This document shows positions 13,275 through 26,445 of a DNA stretch of 64,000 nucleotides, piece after piece; the first letter of the stretch is position 1; the number at the start of each line of letters is the position of its first letter. The notes beneath the pieces are model-generated. The model was given only the letters and a program-made list of their open reading frames with translations. It was not told the DNA's origin and searched no databases. The position numbers and the translations under genes are program-made. Source of the stretch: Centroscyllium fabricii (Eukaryota); the NCBI GenBank assembly GCA_051313645.2, contig JBNRSN020000012.1, forward strand, positions 36,518,001-36,582,000, read 5' to 3'.

Positions 13275-13468
13275 TGTGAGAATAACTGTGACTGATGTAA
13301 AGTCAGCACAGTCTGCTTTACGTCTGACGTCACGCCCGAGTGGCGGGAGCGGACGCCATCTGTAACATGCCTCAGTTGAGGCTTGGAGTTGATGGTAGAA
13401 GACCTGAATAAAGAAGCTCCGGTTAAACTAAGTGTTGGCCTCCCGACTGATCTCTTCATAACATTACA
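13275..13468 (+). repeat. 5' LTR of Mag-like element
   Basis: TG...CA, AATAAA; direct repeat of 17715-17908. Confidence 0.95.
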
Positions 13469-13479
13469 TGGTACCAGGA
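13469..13479 (+). promoter_or_regulatory. Primer-binding site, probably tRNA-Leu
   Basis: TGGTACCAGGA immediately after the LTR; complementary to the 3' end of vertebrate tRNA-Leu(UAA). Confidence 0.7.
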
Positions 13480-13512
13480 TTAGCGAACTCACCAACGGAC
13501 TGAAGCAGCAGG

Positions 13513-14349
13513 ATGGAAGGTATCAAACCCCCAGCAAATCGTCAATTAGACGGCAATGTGGATGAAGATTGGCGCGTATACAAACACAGATTTATGTTAT
13601 ACCTGACGGCCATCGAGGCGACCACAAGCTCAGGCACACGGAAAGTTGCACTTCTACTGATGGTTGCGGGCGTGCAGGCAAGCCAGTTGTTCAACACTTT
13701 TGCTTTTGAGTCCGAGGAGGACAAAAGTGACTTTGATAAAGTTATAAAAAAGTTCGAGGACTTTTGCACGCCAAAGAAGAATGAGGCCGATGAAAGGTTT
13801 GTGTTTCGCTCCAGAACACAGAAACAGGGGGAGACCTTCGATGTCTTCGTGACTGACCTAAAAATCAAAGCACAGTCATGCAATTTTAAGGTTCTAAAGG
13901 ATTCGATGATAAGAGATCAGATAGTCTTCGGCATATATGATAAGAAACTGCGGGAAAGAATGCTGAGAGACAGCGATTTGAAGCTGGAAGAGGCAGCCAA
14001 GATCTGCCACATGAGCGAGCTATCAGCATCGCAAACAAAAACGTTCGAGGGGAACGTCCAGGGACTGCAGAGTCTTCCAGTAGATGTAATACAGAGAAGG
14101 GAGTATGGAGAGCCACGAGGGCTTGCAGACTATCACAAAATGGCGGCGCACAACGCGAGGGAGCCTCGAGGGGCCAGCGAGCACAAAATGGCGGCGTATG
14201 ACTACAGAGAGGCCAGAGGACCCAGTGACCACAAAATGGCGGCGTATGACTACAGAGAGGCCAGCGGGCTTAGTGAGTACAAAATGGCGGCATTCGAATG
14301 CAATCGGTGCGGCAACAAGCATGGGGCCAGGCAGTGCCCAGAGTATTGA
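13513..14349 (+). pseudogene. gag: Gag (Mag-like); stop codon within the second zinc knuckle
   Basis: ERFVFRSRTQKQGETFDVFVTDLK, IRDQIVFGI, C-terminal CNRCGNKH..C. Confidence 0.9.
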
Positions 14350-14391
14350 AAAAGCTGTGCGAAATGCAAAGGAAGAAATCACTTTGCAAGA

Positions 14392-17300
14392 ATGTGCCTT
14401 TGGGAACAAAGCAAAAAGCCGGTGCACGCAGTAGGGGCAGCAGAAGAGGTGGCCCAATCATGGTATGTGGGAATGGTGCGAGACGCGCAGCCCACAGGAC
14501 CAAACAAAGAGGCCTGGGTCGCTCCTATACAAGTAAATGGAACAACAATCCCCTTTAAGCTCGATACGGGAGCAAAAGCGAACTTGATAAGCTGTGGGGA
14601 TGTAAAAAAACTAAAAGTTAAGCCTCAAATGATAAACAGGACGGTGTCCTTAAGAGCGTACAATGGACAGAGCATAGAAACAAGAGGAATGTGCAGATTG
14701 AAGCTGATAGTTAAACAGCGCAGGCACTTCCTCAACTTTGTGATAGTGCCAGAAGGGCACGAATCTTTATTAGGTGATGAGGCCTGCGTGGACTTGGGAT
14801 TAGTCAAACGAGTGTACACTATTAATGACATAAATGAAGCTCAAAGTGACCGGCGAGGAAGCTTGGACATAAATATTGTGGAGAGATATGCGGACGCATT
14901 TCAGGGGTTTGGAGCGCTGCCCCTCACGTACTCGATTAAATTAAGGGAGGATGCACAACCAGTTATACATGCACCCCGGAGAGTGCCAGTGGCCCTCCGC
15001 GAAAAGCTGAGAAATGAGCTGGAGCGAATGGAGGGATTGGCGGTGATAAAAAGAAAAGAACAGCCAACTGACTGGGTCAATTCCATGGTCTGTGTCAGTT
15101 CAAAGACCAATGATAAACTGAGGGTATGCATGGACCCCAAAGATTTGAATGCAAATATAAAGAGGGAACACTATCAGATCCCAAAAAGGGAGGAAATAAT
15201 GAGCGAAATGGCAGAAGCCAAATTCTTTTCAAAAATGGATGCATCCCATGGATTTTGGCCACTTAAATTGGACGAGGAAAGTGCCAAGCTCTGTACATTC
15301 AACTCCCCGTTTGGGAGGTACTCATATCAACGCCTGCCATTCGGAATAAGCTCAGCCCCAGAAATATTCCACAGAGCAATGGAAATGATTATAGAGGGCT
15401 TGGAAGGGGTGCGAGTGTATGTAGATGATACCGTGGTATGGGGTTCCACACAGAAGGAACATGACAGCAGGCTGGAAAAAACACTCCAGCGCATACAACA
15501 ATATGGGTTCAAACTAAACAAAGAAAAATGCCAATTTAAAGTACAGGAGATCAATTTCCTGGGAGATAAAATCTCCACAGAAGAGGTACAGCCGGATCAA
15601 AATAAGATTAAAGTGATACATGACATGGGAATGCCTGAGGACAAAAAAGGGGTGCAAAGGGCCCTTGGCATGGTGAACTATCAAGGGACATTTATCCCAA
15701 ATCTGGCCACGAAAACTGGGCACCTGAGGAAGCTGTTGCACCAAGAGACAGAGTTCCAATGAGGACATGAACACGAACAGGACTGGAAGGGGCTGTTGCG
15801 GACTTTAGCAACCGAACCCCTGTTAAAATTCTTTTGTCCGAACAAAAGGACAAAGGTGTCAACCGATGCTTCCAAGAATGGGCTCGGGGCGGTTGTACTA
15901 CAAGAAGATGAAGGTGAATGGACGCCAGTGGCATATGCGTCAAGGTCAATGACGGCTACAGAGTGCAGGTATGCACAGAGTGAAAAAGAATGCCTGGGTC
16001 TTGCATTTGGGTGCAAAAATTTCCACACCTATGTGTATGGACTACCAAAATTCACACTAGAGACAGACCATAAGCCATTATTAGGCATAATAAAGAAAAA
16101 CTTATGCGATATGTCACCACGAATTCAACGCCTCATGATGAGGCTCCAGCGGTATGATTTTGAACTCACATATGTGCCAGGGACACAAATGTACATTGCA
16201 GATGCATTGTCCAGAGCGGCACCGTGTGCCATGCAGCACAGTGACACAGAGGAGGACGTGAACCTCCATGTAGACATGGTCTACGCAGCACTGCCAGCTT
16301 CGTCACAACAGCTGGCGGTTATAACAAACGAAACGGCAAAAGATCCCGTGCTGAGGAAGGTAGTAAAAAACCTTCAGGAGGGATGGAAGAGAGGTTCCTG
16401 CAAACAATACTACCAGATACAGGGGGAACTGTCAGTGGTAAACGGAATCCTACTAAAAGGGGACAGAATTGTGGTGCCCACCTCCATGCGACCGGAGATG
16501 TTCGGGAGGATACACGAAGGGCACCCGGGGGTCGAGAAATCCAAACGGCGGGTGAGAGAGGTACTGTACTGGCCAAATATGAATGCGGACATTGACCAGT
16601 AAATAAGTGAATGTGCCACGTGCCAGGAATATCAATATAAACAAACTAAGGAACCCCTTCTAATGACAGAAATCCCTCATCGCCCGTGGGGAAAAAGTAG
16701 GAACGGACATGTTCCATTTTGGGGGAAAGGACTATTTGTTAGTCATAGATTACTATTTGAATTATCCTGAGATAGCCCTGCTGTCTAGCACCACGTCAAG
16801 AGGTGTTATTACACACCTGAAATCAATCTTTTCGAGACAGGGCATCCCCGCGACACTGGTGTCGGATAATGGACCCCCATATGCCAGCCAAGAATTTAGA
16901 GCATTTGCCTCTGAATATGATTTCCAACACATAACGTCTAGTCCGCACTACCCTCAGGCAAACGGAAAGGGCGAAAAGGGAGTGCAAATAGTCAAACGAC
17001 TCCTTGAGAAAGCAGAGAGCAGCAATGCCGACCCATACTTGGCAATAATGTCATACAGGGCTGCACCACTGGCAAGTGGCAAGTCACCAGCCGAGTTGCT
17101 AATGGGCAAAAAACTAAGGACAAGAATACCTTGTTACACTGCACCAGACCAAAGAAATGATAACTGGGCGGAAAAGGCTAGAAGGCTGCAATTGACCCAA
17201 AAGAGGTCCCACGATAGGAATGCCACAGGACTAGCCCCACTGCAAGAAAGGGACATGGTCCGCATTCGGGGGACCAGAGTCGTGGTCAAAAAAGGCCACA

Positions 17301-17506
17301 GTCCAACAGCAGGTTGCCCCCAAATCCTACAATGTGATGACGGAATCAGGAGAGGTGTACTGAAGGAACGGGAGGCACCTCCTGAAGACAAACGAGACAT
17401 TTTGCCCCCAAGAGGGGGGAGAAGAAGAGGAACAGATGGGGGAGACCTCACAAATGGAACAGGAAACAAGGGACCTGAGTGGTCCAGAGACGGATGCAAG
17501 AGATAG
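14392..17506 (+). pseudogene. pol: Pol (protease-RT-RNase H-integrase), broken by stops and frameshifts
   Basis: LDTGA, YVDD, TDAS, TDHKPL, ADALSR, HHCC zinc finger, SDNG, PQANG. Confidence 0.95.
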
Positions 17507-17714
17507 AATGGGGGACAGAAGGCCTGTGATCAGAATGGACTTGTGACCAGGAGTGTAATGTAATAACAAACATGTATTGTAAATAGTTACAGGGGTGCCT
17601 GGAAAGGGCTCCTAAGGAAAGTCATCATAACCATGGATATTCGTGTAAATATGTTATTTCACTATGTTATCAATAGTTCATGTATGTACAATGTTACCCC
17701 TATAAAGGGAAAGA

Positions 17715-17908
17715 TGCAAGGATAACTGTGACTGATGTAAAGTCAGCACAGTCTGCTTTACGTCTGACGTCACGCCCGAGTGGCGGGAGCGGAGGCCATC
17801 TGTAACATGCCTCAGTTGAGGCTTGGAGTAGATGGTGGAAGATCTGAATAAAGAAGCTCTGGTTAAACTAAGTGTTGGCCTCCCGACTGATCTCTTCATA
17901 ACATTACA
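17715..17908 (+). repeat. 3' LTR of Mag-like element
   Basis: Direct repeat of 13275-13468, preceded by a PPT. Confidence 0.95.
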
Positions 17909-18746
17909 GTTGCCAGCACAGGAGCCATCTTAATAAAAACTCCAATTCATTTTGAAGTTAATTCAAGCGCTGCCACCTGATTAACATGACACAAGCTTAT
18001 CAGTGCCAAGTAAAGTCACCAAGTTTCCAGGAAATAAAGATTAATCACTGAAGAGGCAACTTGGGAGAAAGATCATAGGGGCATTAAAAAATAGGTTTTT
18101 TTTCATTTTCTTCAAACACTTTTATTCATGAGTTATAAGAAAAATATTGGAGATGGAAAAAATGACTGTTTAACTGACTATCACAATTTATTCAATTGGT
18201 TAACTAAGAGTCTGTTCGCTTTCTAATTGGCATGGGTTGAGTCCACCACGAGGATGGACATGCTCGGGAGCCAATGGCGGGAGCCTGGGGACAGGGCAGT
18301 TGGTGGTCGGAGGTCATGTGACGAAACCGCCTGGAATACATCCAACCAGATTTGGCAACCCGAGAGCGAAGCCAACCATGCTTCATACCAACGCTAAATG
18401 TGTAATGTAAATGCACTGTTACTATTTACAGCAGCTATTAAATGTTCTTTAAATTAGTTATTCTTTCCACTGGATTTTACTATATTTATATTTTATTGGA
18501 CTATTAAAATGTTTTCTCTCTGAAACACTTTATAAAGATGCAAAGATCAGATTGCTTCATACATAATTTTGACAGATAACAAAATCTGAGATTGTTAATG
18601 TTTTGCATTGTTTGGGATGCTGTCTAATTGCAATTTACCTAGTTGTGCTTTCACGATTCTTTTTAATTTTTCTGTTAAATTTTCCTCACACCATTCCCTG
18701 GCTGAGAGTGAAGGCAGGCAGCCTGCTCCAAACCTTCTGGTATGCT

Positions 18747-18991
18747 TGATGCACTATCAATAACCTCAAAAGACTAGAAGTTATGTGAATAAACGATAGG
18801 CTTTTATTTGCTAAGGAGGAGCATACCTTTCTGCTGAGTGACTGGTCCAAGACTGAAGGGGGGTTGGGGAGCAGTTACCCTTATACCTGGGTCCGGGGGA
18901 GGAGCCACAGGCGGGGCCAGCAGGGGCATGTCCAGACAGGTTACATGCAGTGGACTATAATACAATATGTACAATACAATGGTTTACCACA
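18747..18991 (-). repeat. 3' LTR of element A
   Basis: TGTGGTAAAC...GCATCA on the minus strand; about 13 differences from the 5' LTR by eye. Confidence 0.95.
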
Positions 18992-19034
18992 TTCACCCCC
19001 TGTTTAAAAAAGAGTCCGGCGGGGGTGAAGCAGA

Positions 19035-20246
19035 TTAACAGTCACTATAGATTGAGACGGTCGGGGGGTCTGGTCCACCGCTGCGACCGTCGTAGAGCCG
19101 GCTGTGGTGCGGGTTCCGGTCTTGAGCGGTCCTGGGTGGTCTGGAACCCAAGACCGGAGTGTCGTCCTCGGCTGCGTCGAGTTGGCGGGTGCGTGGTGAC
19201 GGATCCTGGGGCATTGGCGTGCTGACCACAGGGTATGGAAGGACATACCATGGTACTGGTGCATCGTGGGCGGCGGTGGGGGGTGCGGTGGTCTCTGGGG
19301 CTCCTGAGGGTGCCAGATCTCTGATGGAGACCGTGTCCTCCCGCCCGTCAGGGAACGCCGCATAGGCGTACTGAGGGTTTGCGTGGAGGAGATGCACCCT
19401 CTCGACCAGGGGGTCCGACTTATGGCCCCTGATGTGCTTCCGGAGTAGGACGCGTCCTGGGGACATCAGCCATGACGGCAGCGAGGTCCCCGAGGCGGAA
19501 TTACTGGGCAAGCCAAACATTTTTTCGTGAGGGGTAGTGTTAGTGGCCGTACAAAGGAGAGATCTGATGGAGTGGAGCGCGTCGGGGAGGACATCCTGCC
19601 AGCAGGAGCCTGGAAGGCCTGTAGACTTCAGGGATAGCAGGGCGGCCTTCCAGACCGTCGCGTTCTCCCTCTCTACCTGTCCGTTTCCCCGGAGGTTGTA
19701 GCTGGTAGTCCTGCTCGTGGCGATGCCCCTGGCGAGCAGGTACTGACGCAGCTCGTCACTCATAAAAGAGGACTCCCCTGGTCGCTATGGATATAGCTGG
19801 GGTACCCGAACAGGGTGAAGAAGCTGTGCAGGGCCTTAATGACCGTGGAGGAGGTCATGTCCGGACAAGGGATGGCAAAAGGGAAACGTGAGTACTCATC
19901 AGTGACATTGAGGAAGTACACATTGCGGTCAGAGGAGGGGAGGGGCCCTTTGAAATCGACGCTCAGGCATTCAAAGGGGCGGTGGCCTTTATCAGGTGTG
20001 CTCTGTCTAACCGGTAAAAGTGCGGTTTGCACTCAGCGCAGACCTGGCAGTTCCTGGTCATGGTCCTGACCACCTCGATGGAGTAAGGTAAGTTGCGGGC
20101 CTTGATGAAGTGGAAAAACCTAGTGACCCCCGGGAGGCAGAGGTCATCGCAGAGGGCCCGCAGCCGGTCTACTTGTGCGCTGGCACATGTACCGCGGGAT
20201 AGGGCATCTGAGGGCTCATTAAGCTTCCCGGGCCGGTACAAGATAT
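19035..20246 (-). pseudogene. Integrase of element A (frameshifted)
   Basis: LSVDFKGPLP, IHSDQG, GNGQVEREN; resumes the host frame after the nested insertion. Confidence 0.9.
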
Positions 20247-20622
20247 TGTAGAGGCATGCAGGCCTGAAGAACCACGCTGGACACAGAGAATTCGGAAAAC
20301 AATCATTTAATGTTAACACAACTATGGCCAGGTAGCAAAGAGACTGAGCCACCTGGAACCAGGGTATTTAAAGGACCCGCGGTTGGTGACGTCACTGCCG
20401 GGTGTCCACCTGGCGACGTCATCACGCCGGAAGTCGCGGTGACGTCATCACGCCGCCCAGCGGGCGGGGCCGTCTCGCAGTACTCCCGAGGTGGACTCGA
20501 TGGTCCTGGTGGGCATGTCGCCACACAGCTCCCCCCCAGAATCTGTGAGGGAGAGCAAAGTTTAACCTAAAGTAGAAAGGAGCATAAAGTAAAATAAAAA
20601 AATGGAGCATAAAAGTTGAGTC

Positions 20623-23442
20623 TCAGGCGAGGTGTTGAGGTGGCCTGATGATGCGGCCAGCACGTGTCGTGCGCTGCTCCTTGTTCTGCGTGGGAGTGTG
20701 GGCGGGTTTTGGTGCGGTAGGGCGTCCGCGTTTTGGTGGCTGCGCGGGGACTGTTGTCTCGCCCGCCATTACGTGTGCCGGTTTGAGCCGGTCGATTGAG
20801 ACAGTCTCAGCTCTGTTGCCCATTTTTATCTGGAACGTTTTAGGTCCCGCCCGAAGCACTCTGTACGGTCCGTCGTACGGTGGCTGTAGTGGTGTTCGAT
20901 GTGCGTCGTGGCGGACAAACACATACTTGGCATTCTCGATGCCATCTGGAACACGTGCTGCCGGCTCTCCGTGCCGGGCCACCGGAAGTGGTTTGAACGC
21001 CGCTGCCTGGTTATTGAACTCCTTGAGGCAGCGGTCGGCTGACCAGGGTTCGTTGGTGTCCGCGACGAACTCGCCCGGTACGGTTAGGGGTTGGCCATAG
21101 ACGAGTTCCGCCGCTGAGGCGTGCAGGTCTTCTTTGGCTGCTGAACGCAGGCCGAGCATTACCCAGGGCAGGCAGTCGGTCCAGGTCGCGTCCTTAAGGC
21201 TGGCCCGCAGGGAAGCTTTGATGGAGCGGTGGAACCTCTCGCAGAGGCCATTGGCCTGTGGGTGGTAGGCGGTGGTTCGGTGCAGGGTTGCCCCGAGGTC
21301 GTGGGCGATGGTTGCCCATAGGGTTGAGGTAAATTGGGGGCCCCTGTCTGACGTGATGTCGGTGGAGATGCCGAAACGTGCGACCCAGGTGGCAATGAAG
21401 GCCCTGGCCAGGTCCGCGGTGGTGGTAGCGGTGAGGGGGACCGCTTCTGGCCAGCGGGTGCTGCGGTCGACCATGGTCATGACATGTGTATGTCCCCGTG
21501 ATGGTGGTAGTGGTCCGACCAGGACAATATGGACATGGCTGAAGCGTCTAGCTGGGATGGCGATCGTTTCAAGTGGCGCCTTGATGTGCTTGTGCACCTT
21601 GGCGCGCTGGCAGGCATTGCAGGTGTTGGTCCAGGCGTGGACATCCTTGCGCAGGCCGCGCCAAACGAAACGCGCAGAGATCAGCTTTGTGGACGCGCGG
21701 ACGCCGGGGTGGGACAGGTCATGGAGGGTCTGGAAGATGTGTCGCCTCCATGCGTGGGGGACGACGGGTCTGGGCTGCGGGAGGGAGACGTCGCAGCGGA
21801 CCTCCGTGGCTGTGGGCCCGTGTGCTACGGTGGCCAAGAGCAGGCCGGGGAGGTTGGTAGCTGGGTCGAGCAGATCGGGGTCGGTCAGTTGGTCGGCCGC
21901 CAGTTTGGCGTAGTCAACGGCCGTTTGAACGGAGTTGATGGTGGGGCGTGAGAGGCAGTCGGCGACCACGTTGTCGCAGCCGGCGATGTGCTGAATGTCG
22001 GTGGTAAACTCCGACACAGCCGCGAGCTGGCGCTGCTGCCTGGCCGACCAGGGTTCAGAGATCTTAGCCATTGCAGACACAAGTGGCTTGTGATCCACGA
22101 AGGTTGTAAAGTGGCGGCCCTCTAGGAGGAAGCGGAAGTGGCGCACCGCGAGGTAGAGAGCGAGTATCTCCCTATCGAAGGCGCTGTACTTGACCTCCGG
22201 GGGCCGGAGTTGTCGGCTGAAAAAGGCCAGGGGTTGCCAGGAGTCGCCTGTCCACTGCTCAAAGACTGCTCCGACTGCGCGGTCGGAGGCGTCGGTGGTG
22301 AGGGCTACTCTGGCGTTGGGCCTAGGGTGGGTGAGGAGCATGGCGTTGGCCAGGGCGGTTTTGGTTGCGGTAAAGGCGGTGGTGGCTTCGGCCGTCCACT
22401 CGACCGCAGCCTTGTTGGACTGGCCGCGGGTGGCGTGGTAGAGGGGGGCCATGAGGGCGGCTGCTCCAGGGATGAAGCGGTTATAAAAATTGACCATCCC
22501 GAGGAATTCCTGCAGCCCCTTGATGGAGTGCGGGCGGGGAAATTCCTGGACCGCCTGCACCTTGGAGGGCAGGGGTATGGCGCCGGTCTGGGAGATGTGG
22601 TAGCCGAGGAAGTCGATCGTCTCGAGGCCGAATCGACATTTGGAGGGGCTTAATATGAGGCTGTGTTCGACCAGGCGGTTGAAAAGGGCCTTGAGGTGGA
22701 GGAGGTGTTCCTGGGGGGAGGTGCTGGCCACGAGGATGTCGTCTAGGTAGACGAACGTGAACTGCAAGTCCCGCAGGACTGAGTCCATGGGGCGTTGGAA
22801 GGCCTGGGCCGCGTTTTTAAGTCCGAAGGGCATTCGGAGGAATTCAAAAAGGCCGAAGGGGGTAATGACGGCTGTCTTAGGGATGTCCGCCGGGTGCACT
22901 GGTACCTGGTGGTAGCCCCGTACCAGGTCGATCTTTGAAAAGATCGTGCAGCCGGCTAGCCTTGCTGAGAAGTCTTGGATGTGGGGGACGGGGTACCTGT
23001 CTGGGGTGGTGGCGTTGTTGAGGCGGCGGTAGTCTCCGCAGGGGCGCCAGCCGCCGCCGGGTTTGGGGGCAATGTGGAGGGTGGAGGCCCAGGGGCTGCT
23101 GGAGCGGCGGATTATGCCGAGTTGTTCCATGATGTGGAACTCGGCGTGCGCGATCTCCAGCTTGGCCGGGTCCAGCCTACGTGCGTGGGCATGGACTGGG
23201 GGGCCTGTGGTGGTGATGTGGTGCTCCACCCCGTGCTTGGCCGTACGGGCTGTGAAGGTGGGGTTGGTGAGGGCTGGGAACTCCGCGAGGAGCGTGGCGT
23301 ACGTGTCGGAGTTCCGGGCTCGGCAGTGGGATGCTGCGTGGGTCTGGTGTGCCTGCCCTGTGGAGCATGGGATGGTCGACATGTTGTGGATGTGGACCAG
23401 GCGGCGTCTGGTAACGTCGACCAGTAGGCCGTGGGCGCACAA
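20623..23442 (-). CDS. pol: Pol (RT-RNase H-integrase) of the CsRn1-type element
   Basis: 939-aa open frame; YLDD, TDAS, DHKPL, HHCC, SDRG, NGLCER; first integrase Asp replaced (HIVLVG). Confidence 0.9.
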   Translation of the reverse strand: MCAHGLLVDVTRRRLVHIHNMSTIPCSTGQAHQTHAASHCRARNSDTYATLLAEFPALTNPTFTARTAKHGVEHHITTTGPPVHAHARRLDPAKLEIAHAEFHIMEQLGIIRRSSSPWASTLHIAPKPGGGWRPCGDYRRLNNATTPDRYPVPHIQDFSARLAGCTIFSKIDLVRGYHQVPVHPADIPKTAVITPFGLFEFLRMPFGLKNAAQAFQRPMDSVLRDLQFTFVYLDDILVASTSPQEHLLHLKALFNRLVEHSLILSPSKCRFGLETIDFLGYHISQTGAIPLPSKVQAVQEFPRPHSIKGLQEFLGMVNFYNRFIPGAAALMAPLYHATRGQSNKAAVEWTAEATTAFTATKTALANAMLLTHPRPNARVALTTDASDRAVGAVFEQWTGDSWQPLAFFSRQLRPPEVKYSAFDREILALYLAVRHFRFLLEGRHFTTFVDHKPLVSAMAKISEPWSARQQRQLAAVSEFTTDIQHIAGCDNVVADCLSRPTINSVQTAVDYAKLAADQLTDPDLLDPATNLPGLLLATVAHGPTATEVRCDVSLPQPRPVVPHAWRRHIFQTLHDLSHPGVRASTKLISARFVWRGLRKDVHAWTNTCNACQRAKVHKHIKAPLETIAIPARRFSHVHIVLVGPLPPSRGHTHVMTMVDRSTRWPEAVPLTATTTADLARAFIATWVARFGISTDITSDRGPQFTSTLWATIAHDLGATLHRTTAYHPQANGLCERFHRSIKASLRASLKDATWTDCLPWVMLGLRSAAKEDLHASAAELVYGQPLTVPGEFVADTNEPWSADRCLKEFNNQAAAFKPLPVARHGEPAARVPDGIENAKYVFVRHDAHRTPLQPPYDGPYRVLRAGPKTFQIKMGNRAETVSIDRLKPAHVMAGETTVPAQPPKRGRPTAPKPAHTPTQNKEQRTTRAGRIIRPPQHLA

Positions 23443-24445
23443 AGTCGGCCCCGAGTAGGGGTATTTTGACTTGGGCTGTGATGAAGTCCCACTTGTATGT
23501 GTGGCCTGCCAGCTTGATGGTAAGCTGGCGGGTGCCGAACGTAACTATCTCGGAGCCGTTTGCGGCTTCGAGTGGTGGGCCTTGGGTGCCTTGTTTGGTT
23601 TCTGCGGGGGAGGCTGGCATGATGCTGTGCTGCGCGCCTGTGTCGCAGAGGAAGCGGAGGCCTGAGCCGCTGTCCATGACGAAGAACAGTGCTCCGGAGC
23701 GGCCTACGGACATGGTGGGGCTTGGGCTGGTTTGGGGTTTGAAGGTGCAGGGCTGGACGCAGCGCTGCGCTTTGTCTTCAAACCTGGTGTGGTAGTAGCA
23801 CCAGCCGGGGCCTGTGGTGCGTGGCTTTTTACGGGTACGCACTGGCCTGGGTTTGGACTTGGGGCCAGACCTGGGGTGCGCGTAGTACTGCTCCGGTGGA
23901 GCAGCAGTGGGTTGGCACGTGGCGGCTCGGGTGCGCTCGGCCCTCATCAGCTTGTCGGCCTCCTCAGCCAGTTGCTCTTTAGTGTAGTGATCAAGGACCG
24001 TCAGAGCCGGTCTGACAGAGGGGGGCAGTTTGAGGAGGAACAAGGCGCGCTTAATGGTGGCCGGGTCGCAGTTGAGCGCTTCCATTTGGGCCCAGAGGTC
24101 CGATGGGTCTGCGTCCCCGAGTTCGGGGAGGTTAATGAGCTGGCAGTCGCGCTCGAATTGGGTGTGGGTGAATTTTTTTAGCAGCGCGGCCTTAAGCGAT
24201 TCGTACCTGCCAGCAGTTGGTTCGTGCTGTATCGATGACCACATTTGGTCGACCGTGGTCTGTGAAAGGGCCGCGAAGAGCAGGCTGTATCGATCGTCCC
24301 CCTGTATGCCATGGATGCGGTAGGTGTTCTCTGTGTTGAGGAACCAGGCCGCTGGACGTAGTTCCCAGAACTCTGGCAAGTTTGGAATTTGGCCGTAGTT
24401 CTGGCCCCGTCTGTGGAGTCGTGCTGTTTGGATCCCTGCTGGCAT
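23443..24445 (-). CDS. gag: Gag-protease of the CsRn1-type element, frameshifted from RT near 23443
   Basis: LPEFW...[34 protein letters not shown]. Confidence 0.88.
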
Positions 24446-24826
24446 GGTGGTTGTGATTCAACTGAGGCAGCTTGGTCCTCTGTCCTGCAGCAACTGCTTC
24501 ATTATGTTCCCTTGGAATTCGTTCCAAGTATCGAGGTCACCACTGTAGAGGCATGCAGGCCTGAAGAACCACGCTGGACACAGAGAATTCAGAAAACAAT
24601 CATTTAATGTTAACACAACTATGGCCAGGTAGCAAAGAGACTGAGCCACCTGGAACCAGGGTATTTAAAGGACCCGCGGTTGGTGACGTCACTGCCGGGT
24701 GTCCACCTGGCGACGTCATCACGCCGGAAGTCGCGGTGACGTCATCACGCCGCCCGGCGGGCGGGGCCGTCTCGCAGTACTCCCGAGGCGGATTCGATGG
24801 TCCTGGTGGGCGTGTCGCCACAATAT

Positions 24827-26445
24827 CATAATTGTAGGTGGAGAGTTCGATTCTCCACCTCAATATCTTGTCGTTCTTGATTTTGCCCCGCTGCTTATTG
24901 TTGAACATAAAAGCAACTGAACGTTGGTCAGTCAGCAGGGTAAATCGCCTGCCGGCCAGGTAATGCCACCAGTGTCGTACGGCTTCTACAATGGCCTCGG
25001 CCTCCTTTTCGACAGAGGAATGTCGAATTTCGGGGCCCTGGAAGGTGCGTGAAAAGAAGGCCACGGGTCTGCCCACCGGGTTAAGGGTAGTGGCCAGGGC
25101 GAAGTCGGATGCATCGCTCTCCACCTGGAATGGGATGGATTCGTCCACGGCGTGCATCGCGGCCTTGGTAATGTCTGCCTTAATACCGCTGAAAGCCAGG
25201 CGGGCCTCTGCCATCAGGGGAAAGGAGGTGGACTTGATGAGGGGGCGACCCTTGTCCGCATAATTGGGGACCCACTGGGCGTAGTATGAAAAGAAACCCA
25301 GGCATCTTTTCAGGGCTTTGAGGCAGTGAGGGAGGGGGAGCTCCAGGAGGGGGCGCATGCGGTCGGGGCCGATGACTCCATTCTCCACGACACAACCAAG
25401 GATGGCGAGGCGGGTTGTGCGGAATACACATTTCTCCCCGTTGCAAGTCAGATTCAGGAGTTTGGCGGTGTGGAGAAATTTCTGGAGGTTGGCGTCATGG
25501 TCCTGCTGGTCATGGCCGCAGATGGTGACATTATCCAGATACGGGAATGTGGCCTGCAGCCCGTTCTGGTCAACCATTCGGTCCATCTCCCGCTGGAAGA
25601 CCGAGACCCCATTGGTGACGCCAAAGGGGACCCTTAAATAGTGGTAGTGGCAGCCATCTGCCTCGAAGGCAGTGTACTGGTGGTCCTCCGGGCGGATAGG
25701 GAGCTGGTGGTACGCAGACTTCAAATCGATGGTGGAGAACACCCGATATTTTGCAATCTGATTGACCATGTCAGATATGCGGGAGAGGGGTTACGCGTCC
25801 AGCTGCGTGTATCGGTTAATGGTCTGACTATAGTCAATGACCATGCGGTGCTTCTCACCAGTCTTTACGACCACCACTTGGGCTCTCCAGGGGCTGGTGC
25901 TAGCCTCGATGATCCCCTCCTTCAGGAGCCGCTGTACCTCTAACTTGATAAAGGTTCTGTCCCTGATACTGTACCGCCTACTCTTGGTGGCGACTGGCTT
26001 ACAGTCTGGGGTGAGGTTCGTGAACAGCGGAGGAGGGGCGACTTTAAGGGTCAAGAGGCTGCAGGTGGTGCGCGGTGGGCGATTTAAAGGCTGCTGGCTG
26101 CAGGCAGCGGGGGGAGGGGCCGAGGGGCTGTGGGTGGCGCGCTGTGGGCGATTCAAAAACTGCTGGCTGCAGACAGAGATGGGGGAAGGGGCCCACCGTA
26201 CTCCATTGTCACGCTCTGGACGTGACATTGAAAGTCGAGCCCCAGTAGCACGGCAGTGCAAGCTGTGGCAGCACGAGGAGTTTAAAGTTTTTATATTCTG
26301 TGCCCCGCACCATCAGGGTCGCTACGCAGTAGCCATAGACATCCGCTGTATGAGAATTTGAGGCCATCGATATCTTTTGGCTTGCTGGCCACACCGACAG
26401 AGAGTAGCGCCACACCGTATCTAGGCCGTTTACCTTAATGGCCAT
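24827..26445 (-). pseudogene. pol: Protease-RT-RNase H of element A
   Basis: SPWRAQVVVV, IDLKSAYHQ, PFGVTNG, YLDN, SDAS, TDQRS; several frameshifts. Confidence 0.92.

Larger units (their letters stand above)
13275..17908 (+). mobile_element. Ty3/Gypsy LTR retrotransposon, Mag-like, full length but defective
   Basis: 194-bp LTRs, TSD GCTGC/GTTGC, tRNA-type PBS, PPT AAAGGGAAAGA, gag-PR-RT-RH-IN order. Confidence 0.95.
20247..24822 (-). mobile_element. CsRn1-clade Ty3/Gypsy LTR retrotransposon nested in element A
   Basis: 279-bp LTRs at 24544-24822 and 20247-20525; TSD ATAT; PBS TGGTGACCTCGA (tRNA-Trp type); PPT GGGGGGGAG; Gag C-X2-H-X9-C-X3-C. Confidence 0.93.

Noticed and set aside
14136-14291. 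Regular repeat with variable spacers resembling a CRISPR array (also 35035-35360)
   Set aside because: Spacers are homologous to each other, the array is in frame within gag, the context is eukaryotic and there are no cas genes
23435-23450. Programmed ribosomal frameshift in the CsRn1-type element
   Set aside because: It falls inside the conserved protease GADFL motif with no clear slippery heptamer; a small deletion is more likely
20648-24323. Many plus-strand ORFs opposite the CsRn1-type pol
   Set aside because: Antisense shadows of a GC-rich coding sequence
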